Source: an uncultured delta proteobacterium (lineage in GTDB: Bacteria > Myxococcota_A > UBA9160 > UBA4427). From it: a DNA stretch of 64,000 bases. Both the position numbers and the translations under genes were made by a program. The stretch is from NCBI GenBank assembly GCA_963822965.1, contig CAWGJT010000010.1:960001-1024000 (forward strand). Direction: 5' to 3'. Shown here one piece after another: positions 1 through 8,078 of this stretch. Numbering within the stretch: the first letter of the stretch is position 1; every line of letters begins with the position of its first letter. The notes beneath the pieces were generated by a model. The model had not been told where the DNA came from. It saw only the letters and a list, made by a program, of their open reading frames with translations, and did not search any database.

Positions 1-330
1 AGCGGCCCTACGCGAAGTACCAGACCCAGGACCTCGACAAGCTCGCCGAGGGATACCGCATGGAGCTGCGCGCCGCCGAGGCCCGGCACGGCGCGGGTCG
101 CGTGAAGACGCGGGAGCGCTACCACTTGGCAGAGCAGGTCCAGGAGTTCGAGCGCGTGCAGAAGGCGGCCCGCCGGGCCCGGACCCAGGCGGGGGAGGTC
201 GCCCAGATCGAGGCGGATCTCGCGGCGATCGAGGCCGAGCAGAAGCGACGAGGCCGGCGACGGGGGCACGCCAGATCCTCGGCCGCATCGCCGCTGCTGA
301 GCGGCTGGAACGAAGTGTTCCGCATTCTCG
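1..330 (+). CDS. Hypothetical coiled-coil protein, 5'-truncated; 3' end uncertain (probable frameshift)
   Basis: Open frame from the window edge (RPYAKYQTQDLDKLAEGYRMELRAAEAR...IEADLAAIEAEQKRR) with GC3-rich codons; coding character degrades after about 260. Confidence 0.55.
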
Positions 331-383
331 GCCGGGCCTCGCGATGCGGCCGGGTCAGTCCGGGTCCGCGCGCGCGCGTCCGT

Positions 384-1094
384 TCAGTCGTCGTCCGATC
401 GGTGCCGAGTCCGGTCGAGCGCGCTGTCCACCTCCCCGTCGTCCACCGCCGAGGCGACCTCCGCATCGTCGAACATGGCGTCCGGCTCGCCGGCGGCGTG
501 ATCGCCGTCGAAGTCGTCCTTCCCCGTCGCCAGCTCGTCGTCGTCGTCGAGCAGCGGCGCCATCGGGTCGCACCGACGGTCGCTTCGGCTTCGGGGTCTC
601 CTTCGGCGCCTCACGCGGTCGCTCGCGCTGGTCGGCACCGCACTTCGGGCACAGCGGCTCGGGCTTTCCCATCAGGTAGAACTTCGTTCCGCAGGAGAAG
701 CACTCGAACTTGAAGCCGTATTTCGGGTGCGGGATCTCCGAGAGCGGGACCGGCTTGCCCTTGGGCGTGGGCTTGGCCGGGGCGCTCGCCGGTGCCCTTC
801 TCGCCGGCAGTCTTCTTGCCGCCTTTCTTGACCGCGCTTCTTCCCGCTCTTCTTGTCGGCCGCCGCCGCCTCGGGCGGCCGGGCAGCCGCCTTGGCGGCC
901 GCGCCTTCCGGGCCGGGGCCTTCTTCTCGGCCTTCTTCGGGGCGGTCTTCTTGGCGGTCGCCTTCTTCTTGGCGGCCTTCTTCTTGGCGGTCTTCTTCTT
1001 CGGCGGCTTCTTTTGGCGGTCTTCTCTTGCCCGTCGCCTTCTTCTTGGCCGCGGCCTTCTTCGTGGTCTTCTTCTTTTTCTTCGTGGGGCTCAT
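384..1094 (-). CDS. FYDLN-acid (TIGR02300-like) zinc-ribbon protein with Lys/Ala-rich histone-H1-like N-terminal extension (frameshifted in this assembly)
   Basis: Joining frames gives MSPTKKKKKTTKKAAAKKKA...KKKAAKKKATAKK...KYGFKFECFSCGTKFYLMGKPEPLCPKCGADQ followed by an acidic tail (LLDDDDELATGKDDFDGD...DDD). Start overlaps the upstream stop (ATGA, 1091-1094). Confidence 0.75.
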
Positions 1095-2548
1095 CGATCC
1101 CTTCCCGCGGTTCGAATTGCGTTTCCTGCTTCGGCGAGGCTCTTGAATCCTGCACTCCGGACGTCGCCGGGCCGTCGATCAGCGAGTGGTCGATCTCCAG
1201 CCGGGCGACGTCGTCCGGGACGTGGATCCCGCCGCTGGACGAGCCAGCGGCGGTACTGGGCCGTGAGAGCCCGCCGGCACGTCTCGGCGGAATCGGGCCC
1301 TTCGGCGTTCTTGATCGGCGCGAACTCCTCGGTCGCGGTGGTCTCCACCACGCAGACCTGCGAGGCCTCCCGCAGCGCGTCGAAGACGAAGCGCTCGAGC
1401 TTGTAGCCGTTCGGCTCCGCGGGCGCATGCGGTCGGCCGTCGGCGTCGACGAACGGGACCGCCTTGGCCGAGAGGTGGAAGGGCAGCAGGCGGTAGGCGT
1501 CGTCGGCGACCCGGCGGACGAAGCCGGTATCCAGCAGGTGGATGGCGATGCTGCCCGCCCAGAACCGGAGCCCGCCGTCCGGGTCCCGCGCGTAGCGTTC
1601 CTCGTCCGCGAGCTCGGTGTACTCGACGACACCCACGTGCCCGTCGACCCGCGCGACGACTCCCACCTTTTCCATGGGGTCGACCTTGCGGACCACCTTG
1701 CACGACATCTCCGCACCGGTCTCCGCGTGGAACCCCAGGTAGACGGGGTCGGCCATCTTCACGAGCGGGTTGTCCACCTGGTAGTAGAAGAGGATGTCGA
1801 TGCCCCGCTGCGCCATGTCGTCCAGGGCGCCCGACGACTCGAGGGCGGTGAGCGAGCCCCCGTGCCCGTTGGGGCTCTCGAAGATCCGGTCCGGCGCCTC
1901 GAGGATGAGCCGACCCTCGAAGTCGAACGCCGGCACCATGTCCTGCTGGAAGATCCAGACGTCGGCGGGATCGAGCCCGAACCAGCCGTGGTCCTCGAAG
2001 GCCTGACGGGTCTCGGCGTCGGTAGCGTCGCTGGTCATGATGTACCAGGGCAGGGTGCCCCCGGTGCGGCGCGCCAGGCCGCGGATCTTCTGGGCCTGGA
2101 TCTCGAAGAGGGTGCGATCGGTGACGGGACCCACCGGGAAGCAGCCCTTGGGATGGGGGAAGCCGAGCCGGGTGCCTTGCCCCCCGGCCACCAGGAAGAT
2201 GCCGACGCGTCCGTCGGCGAGCAGCGCCTCGCCGCGCTCGCGAGCGGCCTCGGCGCGCCTCGGATCGCCGCCGTTCTCGGGCAGCGGGATCGCGTCCGCC
2301 GGCTCGATCTTGCGGCGATTCTGGGGGCCTTGGCCCGCGGAGGCGGGCAGCGCCGCGCGATAAGCCCGGACGAGATCGTCCAGCCAGGGCTCGATGCGCC
2401 GCAGCTGGCCCAGCAGCCGCTGGCGCCCGGCGTCGTCGAGGCGATCCCAATGGGCGAAGACGTGCGCCTGGCCGTGGCGGCCGAAGCTCGTGCGCAGATC
2501 CTCGACCGTCAGCTCCGAGGGCCGTCTGGGCGTGTGCTGCGCAGCCAA
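1091..2548 (-). CDS. UDPGP-family (UAP1-like) UDP-N-acetylglucosamine/UDP-glucose pyrophosphorylase
   Basis: LVAGGQGTRLG, PKG, YIMTS, SPNGHGG, QVDNPL, VEYTEL, KLERFVFD and FAPIKN motifs. TTG start at 2548 with AGGAG upstream. Compensating indels near 1190-1240. Confidence 0.9.
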   Translation of the reverse strand: MAAQHTPRRPSELTVEDLRTSFGRHGQAHVFAHWDRLDDAGRQRLLGQLRRIEPWLDDLVRAYRAALPASAGQGPQNRRKIEPADAIPLPENGGDPRRAEAARERGEALLADGRVGIFLVAGGQGTRLGFPHPKGCFPVGPVTDRTLFEIQAQKIRGLARRTGGTLPWYIMTSDATDAETRQAFEDHGWFGLDPADVWIFQQDMVPAFDFEGRLILEAPDRIFESPNGHGGSLTALESSGALDDMAQRGIDILFYYQVDNPLVKMADPVYLGFHAETGAEMSCKVVRKVDPMEKVGVVARVDGHVGVVEYTELADEERYARDPDGGLRFWAGSIAIHLLDTGFVRRVADDAYRLLPFHLSAKAVPFVDADGRPHAPAEPNGYKLERFVFDALREASQVCVVETTATEEFAPIKNAEGPDSAETCRRALTAQYRRWLVQRRDPRPGRRRPAGDRPLADRRPGDVRSAGFKSLAEAGNAIRTAGRDR

Positions 2549-2768
2549 GTCCGGCGTGAGCTCCTGTTGCTGCTTGGGGTTCCCTGAGGGTCGAACGGCG
2601 GGCCTATAGCACAAGCCGCCGGGAAGGGGAAAGCGGGAAGGGAAAACCCCCGCCCCTGGGCCCGCGGTCCCCGCAGGATTCCCTCTCGGGGATTTCGTAG
2701 ATGGAGACGGCGTTCAGGGGACGGGTCGCCAGGGCTACGCATTTCGGAGACAAGAAACGCCTGGCGGA

Positions 2769-2783
2769 TGGCACAATGAGAGC
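2769..2783 (+). promoter_or_regulatory. Candidate sigma-54 (-24/-12) promoter of PEP-CTERM gene
   Basis: TGGCACAATGAGAGC: exact TGGCAC and GG-N10-GC spacing, upstream of a GAGGAGG RBS; -12 box imperfect. Confidence 0.4.
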
Positions 2784-2809
2784 GGGACGACTCCGAGGAG
2801 GTGGTTCCC

Positions 2810-3511
2810 ATGCGAATGCTCCCTGCGAGGCTCCTGGTCTGGATCCTGTCGGTCGTCGCGCTGGTGGCGGGGGGTGCGCCGCCCGTCGGCGCCTGGGCGG
2901 TGGCAATGAACGTCCGGGGCGGCGGTCCGCTGTCGTCGTTCACCACGAGCGACACGGTGACCCTGGATCTCTTGCTGGACGCCGAGCCGGGCCTCCAGAG
3001 CTTCTCCGTGTCCGTCCTCCACAACGACGTCCTCGGCTACGACCCGGTCGCTTCGGCCAGCCTGCCCATCGTCCATGCGGCTCCGCCGGCCTCGTACGGG
3101 ACCACGGGCGCCCGACCCGCGTACATTCTCTACGCGCCCGGTCCGCCGGCCGCGGCCCTCTATCCCGTGCCGGGCAGCGCCGCATGGCCAGCCTGGCCGA
3201 GCCCGCCGGCCGGAAAGGGGCAGGAGAAGGTGGACTACGCGACCGGCTCCCTGGCCTCGACGCTGGCGTCCGGAACCGGGATCTGGATTGCCTCCCTGGT
3301 GCTTCACGTGACCGCGGAGTTCGACACGGCGGAGATCTTCCTGGATCCGGGGGGCATCATCATCCAGGCAAACGGATCCGCGATCGACCCGGCCAGCGTG
3401 ATCCTTCCCGAGCCCATCGTGCTGACGGGCCACGCCGTCCCCGAGCCGCTGACCGGGCTGCTGATGGGCGCTGGCCTGGTCGTCGCTGCGGCAGCCTCCA
3501 GGCGGCGCTAG
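2810..3511 (+). CDS. PEP-CTERM sorting-domain surface protein
   Basis: N-terminal signal peptide; C-terminus VPEPLTGLLMGAGLVVAAAASRRR (PEP, TM helix, basic tail); GAGGAGG RBS before ATG 2810. Confidence 0.85.
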   Translation: MRMLPARLLVWILSVVALVAGGAPPVGAWAVAMNVRGGGPLSSFTTSDTVTLDLLLDAEPGLQSFSVSVLHNDVLGYDPVASASLPIVHAAPPASYGTTGARPAYILYAPGPPAAALYPVPGSAAWPAWPSPPAGKGQEKVDYATGSLASTLASGTGIWIASLVLHVTAEFDTAEIFLDPGGIIIQANGSAIDPASVILPEPIVLTGHAVPEPLTGLLMGAGLVVAAAASRRR

Positions 3512-3623
3512 AGGCGCTCAGAACCCTCGCAGCAGCAGGGCGAGCCGCGCCGAGAGGGGGGCGTCCGTAGACGCCCGGGGTGAGGCGCCGTCGCAATGCC
3601 CCACGCGGGCCACGTTCAATCCA

Positions 3624-3651
3624 ATTTGACATAATCCATCTTATCGGACAT
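3624..3651 (-). other. dif: dif / Xer recombination site (XerC arm, 6-bp spacer, XerD arm)
   Basis: Minus strand reads ATGTCCGATAA-GATGGA-TTATGTCAAAT. XerD arm is 10/11 identical to E. coli TTATGTTAAAT, inner ATAA/TTAT are conserved, geometry is 11-6-11, and the site is intergenic between convergent genes in an AT-rich island. Confidence 0.88.
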
Positions 3652-3656
3652 TGGAT

Positions 3657-3715
3657 TGTAGTACCCAGATAGAAGTGTCCGCTCTCTCCAAAGTAGAAAT
3701 GTCCGCTTTCTCCAA
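3657..3715. mobile_element. Orphan IS terminal end, IS1202 (ISNCY)-family-like; no transposase in window
   Basis: Starts TGTAGTACCCAGA, then two 22-bp direct repeats TAGAAGTGTCCGCTCTCTCCAA (3670-3691) and TAGAAATGTCCGCTTTCTCCAA (3694-3715). Begins exactly 5 bp outside the XerC arm. Confidence 0.7.
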
Positions 3716-3851
3716 CCGGCCGGGGTGACGGACTGCGTGCGTCGTCGTCGGGTCGAGAGTGCCCTTGGCCGGCCCGCAGGCCCCGGACGGCGTGTCCGGC
3801 CTCGCCGGGTACCCAGCCGGCGGCCTGGGCTCCTGGGGCACGCGGCGCGCT

Positions 3852-4625
3852 TCAGTCGGGCTGGCTCATCCGCTGCGAAGCCTGCAGCTCCAGCAGCCGC
3901 GAGCTCAGGTGCTCGGGCAGGAAGACGTCGGGGTCCTCGCTCTGGACCCGCGCGAACACGCTGAGGGCGCGGTCGGTGTCGCCGCCTTCGGCGTAGCAGC
4001 GCGCGGCCTCGGCCCGGGCCGTCTCGCGCAGCGGGAAGTTCGGCACGTCGGCGGCTCGCTCGTAGGCCTGCGCGGCATCGGTCCAGCGGGCCTGCTCCTC
4101 GTAGACGGACGCCATCCGGAGCGCAATCAGCGCGGTCAGGGTGTCGTCCTTGGGAAGCTCGCCGAGAGTGGCCTGCCAGGTCTCCAGGGACGCGTCTAGC
4201 TGCCCCAGCTCTTCCTGGAGATCTCCGACCTCGAGCCCGGCCATGGCGCCGGCCCCCGTGCCCGCGTACTCCTTCGCCACCGCCTGGAAGCGGCCCACGT
4301 ACTCCTCGCGCACCTTCCGGGCCGTCTCGGGGTTCGCGGGCTCGGGGACGACGACCTCGTCCGCCGAAGCGCCCATGGCGCGCCGGAAATCGGCCTGGAC
4401 GGTGCCGATGGCCGCCGAGGCCTCCTCCCGGGCGTTCTCCCGCTGCGCGTTGACCACGCCCCAGCCTGCGGCCAGGAGCAGGATCACGGCGCCCACCCCC
4501 AGCACGATCCGGGGGTTCTCGATCATCCAGTTGGTGATCTGGTCGCCGAACGACTCGATCTCGTCCAGGGTGTGAGCCAGGGATTCGGGCTCGTTGCGGT
4601 GCTTCGCCTTCCGGGGTCGGGCCAC
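3852..4625 (-). CDS. YfgM-like membrane-anchored tetratricopeptide-repeat protein
   Basis: N-terminal TM segment ([19 protein letters not shown]) followed by TPR-like helices; lies downstream of der; GTG start at 4625. Confidence 0.7.
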   Translation of the reverse strand: MARPRKAKHRNEPESLAHTLDEIESFGDQITNWMIENPRIVLGVGAVILLLAAGWGVVNAQRENAREEASAAIGTVQADFRRAMGASADEVVVPEPANPETARKVREEYVGRFQAVAKEYAGTGAGAMAGLEVGDLQEELGQLDASLETWQATLGELPKDDTLTALIALRMASVYEEQARWTDAAQAYERAADVPNFPLRETARAEAARCYAEGGDTDRALSVFARVQSEDPDVFLPEHLSSRLLELQASQRMSQPD

Positions 4626-4803
4626 GCCTGGGATGCTCCTCTGACAGCCGCAACTGAACGACAAGCGCGAACGCGAGGCGCCTGCGCTCCGGACCCCTTC
4701 CGGAGCGGACCGCCGAGCGCCTCGTGCGGGGCGCGCAGTGTAGACGAGCCGGCCAGCCGCCGCCGAGGGGCCGAGGCGCCCGCCCGGGCTCGCGGCCTCG
4801 GAT

Positions 4804-6274
4804 TCAGGCGCCGCGTCCGCGCCGGCGACCCTTTCTGCGGGCGGGCTTCGGCTGGGTGCCCTTCTCCCGCGCACCCGGGGCGCCCTCTCCGCCCGGCGAT
4901 CGCCCACCGGCCCTCGGCCCGCCCTCCTTCCGGGCGCGGGCGCGCAGCCGCAGGCGGATCGGGGTGCCCGCGAAGTCGAAGGCCTCTCGCAGCTTGTTCT
5001 CGAGGAAGCGGCGATAGGACGCCTGCACCGCCCGGGGCTCGTTGCAGAACAGGACGAAGGTCGGCGGACGGACCCCCGTCTGGGTGGCGTACAGGAAGCG
5101 GACGGCCCGGGCACGCCCGTGTGGCGATCCGCGGCGGGCTCGTGCCGCTGCACCACCTGTTGCAGCCAGCGGTTGAGCGCCGGCGTCGAGACCCGGTGTC
5201 GGCCAGCTTCGGCCGCGGCGCGCACCGCCGGCAGCACCCGCCGGATGCGCGCACCGGTGAGCGCCGAGACCGGGACGATCTTCGGCTGGGGAAGGAAGCG
5301 CAGCCCGTGCTCGATCTGCGCCAGCACCCGCGCCGCCTCCCGCTCGTCCCGATCCACGCGATCCCACTTGTTCGCCAGCACGACCACCCCGCAGCCGCGC
5401 TCGCAGATCTCGGAGGCCACGTGCGCATCCTGGTCCGTCAGGCCCTCGGAGGCGTCGACGACGAGCACCGCCACGTCCGCCATCTCGAGCGAGCGCACGG
5501 TCATCAGCGCGCTGCCGCGCTCGGCGGTCCGGTCCCGGCGGCCCGGACGGCGCAGGCCTGCCGTATCCATCAGGCGATAGCGAACCCCGCCCTGCTCCAG
5601 CCGGACGTCGACACGGTCGCGAGTGGTGCCGGGCTCGTCCGACACCACCACGCGTTCGGCCCCGACCAGGCGGTTCGTGAGCGAGCTCTTGCCGACGTTC
5701 GGCCGACCGACGAGGGCGATGCGGATCTCGTCGCCGTCCGCGCCACCCTGCTTCGGCGCGGGGCTCGGGCAGCTGCGCGACGAGCGCCTCCAGCACGTCG
5801 AAGCACCCCCCGCCGTGCTCCGCGGAGATGGCGGCGACGGTCTCGAAGCCGAGGCGATGGAACTCGGCGAGCCGATCGGCATGCTCCGGCCGGTCGATCT
5901 TGTTGACCGCCAGGGCCACGGGCTTGTCGCTGCGCCGCAGGGTGCGGGCGATGGCCTCGTCCTCGGGCAGCAGGCCCGCCTTGCCGTCGACCACGAACAG
6001 GATGGCGTCGGCCTGCGCGACGGCGGACTCGGCCTGGGCCTGTACGGCGGACTCGAGGCCCACGTCGGGATGGGGCTCCAGGCCGGCCGTGTCCACCAGC
6101 AGGAACCGACGTCCCTCGAGCTCGATCTCCTCGGCGATGCGGTCCCGGGTGATCCCCGGGCGGTCGTCGACGAGGGCGCGCCGCTGGCCCGGCATAGCGG
6201 TTGAAGAGCCGCGACTTGCCGACGTTCGGGCGGCCGACGATGGCCACGATGGGGAGCGCGTCGCGGGGCGACAT
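4804..6274 (-). CDS. der: Ribosome biogenesis GTPase Der (EngA), frameshifted in this assembly
   Basis: Two GTPase domains (GRPNVGKS twice, DTAG twice, NKID/NKWD) and the KH-like tail PPTFVLFCN...[22 protein letters not shown]. Frame switches near 6185, 5755 and 5120. Confidence 0.92.
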
Positions 6275-6401
6275 GGATGAGCTTCCTCCCGGGATGCGGG
6301 CCACTCGGATCCGAAGGCGCGGGCCTCGCGCGGCTCGCCTGCCTCGAGGGGCCCGGGCCGAGCCGCGTGGTCCGGCAACAAGATGCGCCAACTTCCTGCC
6401 G

Positions 6402-6457
6402 GCGGGAATTTTCCCGCGGGTTTTTCGCTTGACAACGAAGCGCCAGCCCCGTAGCCT
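6402..6457 (+). promoter_or_regulatory. Sigma-70-type promoter with upstream palindrome
   Basis: TTGACA (6429-6434), 17 bp, TAGCCT (6452-6457); inverted repeat GCGGGAA-TT-TTCCCGC at 6402-6417. Confidence 0.55.
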
Positions 6458-6544
6458 GATCGCGGTCGGGCGTCCCGTCTCCGACCCGGAGGACGCGCAG
6501 TGGCCCGATCTCGCGCACCGCCACTCGCCCCGTGGGCCTCGCCG

Positions 6545-7036
6545 ATGCGGGCGCTCCGTTCGCCGGGTCACGCTGGGCGCTGGTGCTGGCCCTCGTCCTG
6601 CTCCCGGGCTCGCCGCCTCCTCCGCGCAGGCTTCGCCCGAGACCCTGCGCCGCTCGGTCGGCAACCTGGTCCAGGCGCCGCATCGACGTGGTGCTGTCCC
6701 GGTGACGGCGGGACGCACGCCTTCCAGAACCTGCGCGACGTCGACGACACCTGCCCGGTCAAGATCTTCTATGCGGCGCCCGGCTACATCTGGCTCACCG
6801 GCGTGCAGTTCGGCGCCGCCGTGCTGCGCGGGATCGCCGGCGCCTCGAGCTGATCCCGGGCATCTTCCTGCTGCCCCTCGAGACCGACATCGCCCCGCTC
6901 TTCGATCCCGGCGGACCGCGGCGCCGCCATGTCGAGATAGGAGAACCCCCTGGCCGAGAACGACGTGATGCGCTGGGTCCCGATCGTCACCTGGAACGTC
7001 CGCTTCGGCGTGACCTACACCTCGGCCGAGTACTGA
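6545..7036 (+). CDS. Hypothetical exported/membrane protein (frameshifted), weakly reminiscent of exosortase-associated TIGR04073-type proteins
   Basis: Joined frames give signal-like N-terminus, then [19 protein letters not shown]..., [25 protein letters not shown]..., [20 protein letters not shown]... and [24 protein letters not shown]. Confidence 0.55.
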
Positions 7037-7039
7037 TCG

Positions 7040-8072
7040 CCGGCTCGCGCCGCGGCCCGCCGACGCCTGCCGCTCCGAGGAACTCCTCGACCGCCTCGCA
7101 GGACGGCCTTCTCGTCCGCCGGATCGAGCCACACCGCGTCCTGCGACCTTGCGCAGCCAGGTGCGCTGCCGGCGCGCGAACCGGCGCGTGTCCTTCTTCA
7201 TCTCGACGCGCGGCGTTCGCGAGGGTGTCGAGACCGTCGACGACCGGGTTCATGTGGCGGTAGCCGATGGCCTGCATCGAGCGCAGCTCCGGCCCGTAGC
7301 CGCGCGTCGCGCAGGCGGCGCACCTCCCGCAGCAGGCCGGCCTCGATCATGTGCTCGCAGCGCCGGTCGATGCGCGCGCCCAGCAGCCTCGCGTCCGGGG
7401 TCGAGGGCCAGGTGCAGCCGCGGGTACGGCGCGGTCTTCGAAGCCGTGGTCCGAGCGCACGCGGGACGCGGTGCGGCCCGACTGCTCGCAGATCTCCAGC
7501 GCGCGGATCGTGCGCCGCAGGTCGTTGGGATGGATGCGGTCGGCCGCCTCGGGATCCCATTCCGCGAGCCGCCGGTACAGCTTCTCGGGGTCGCCGGCCG
7601 CCAGCGGCGCGTTCGTGCTCGCGCTCGAGGCGCTCGCGCAAGCCGGGGTCGGCGCCGCCGTCCGACGACGAGGCCGTCGAGGAAGGCGCGGATGTAGAGC
7701 CCCGAGCCGCCCGGCCAGGACGACCAGCGTGGCCGCGCCCGTGGATCGGCGGCGGCCGCGGTCCGGGCGTCCGCCGCGTAGCGGCCGGCGCTGTAGTCGG
7801 CGTCCGGATCGACGATGTCGAAGAGGTGGTGCGGCACCCGCGCCCGCTCCTCGAGGCTCGGCTTGGCGGTGCCGATGTCCATGTAGCGGTAGACCTGCAT
7901 CGAGTCGGCGTTGACGACCTCGCCGCGCGAAGCGCAGCGCGATCTCGATGGCGAGCGCGGTCTTGCCGGCGGCGGTGGGGCCGGTCACGACCACCACGGG
8001 CCCGCTCCCGGCGGGACCCGTCGCTCTGGTCGCGCGGTGCGGCCCGATCTCGCCTGGCGGTCGTTCGCTCAT
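7040..8072 (-). CDS. miaA: tRNA (adenosine(37)-N6)-dimethylallyltransferase, frameshifted; 3' end approximate
   Basis: [59 protein letters not shown] and [11 protein letters not shown] motifs across several frames; follows mutL. Confidence 0.92.
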
Positions 8073-8078
8073 CGCGCG

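Noticed and set aside
2555..2600. SRP RNA-like motif on the minus strand (TCAGG...AAGCAGC)
   Set aside because: Lacks the GNRA-capped stem between the motifs and a long closing helix. It overlaps the RBS region of the pyrophosphorylase gene.
2048..2642. KOPS (GGGNAGGG) polarity as proof of the terminus
   Set aside because: Copies at 2048, 2621 and 2635 point toward dif and several on the right do too, but counter-oriented copies exist (e.g. 11251, 25782). Not counted rigorously, so not used as evidence.
3716..3851. Transposase remnant or second IS end (MITE) next to the IS-like end
   Set aside because: No recognisable DDE fragment, inverted copy of the end, or TGGAT target duplication was seen.
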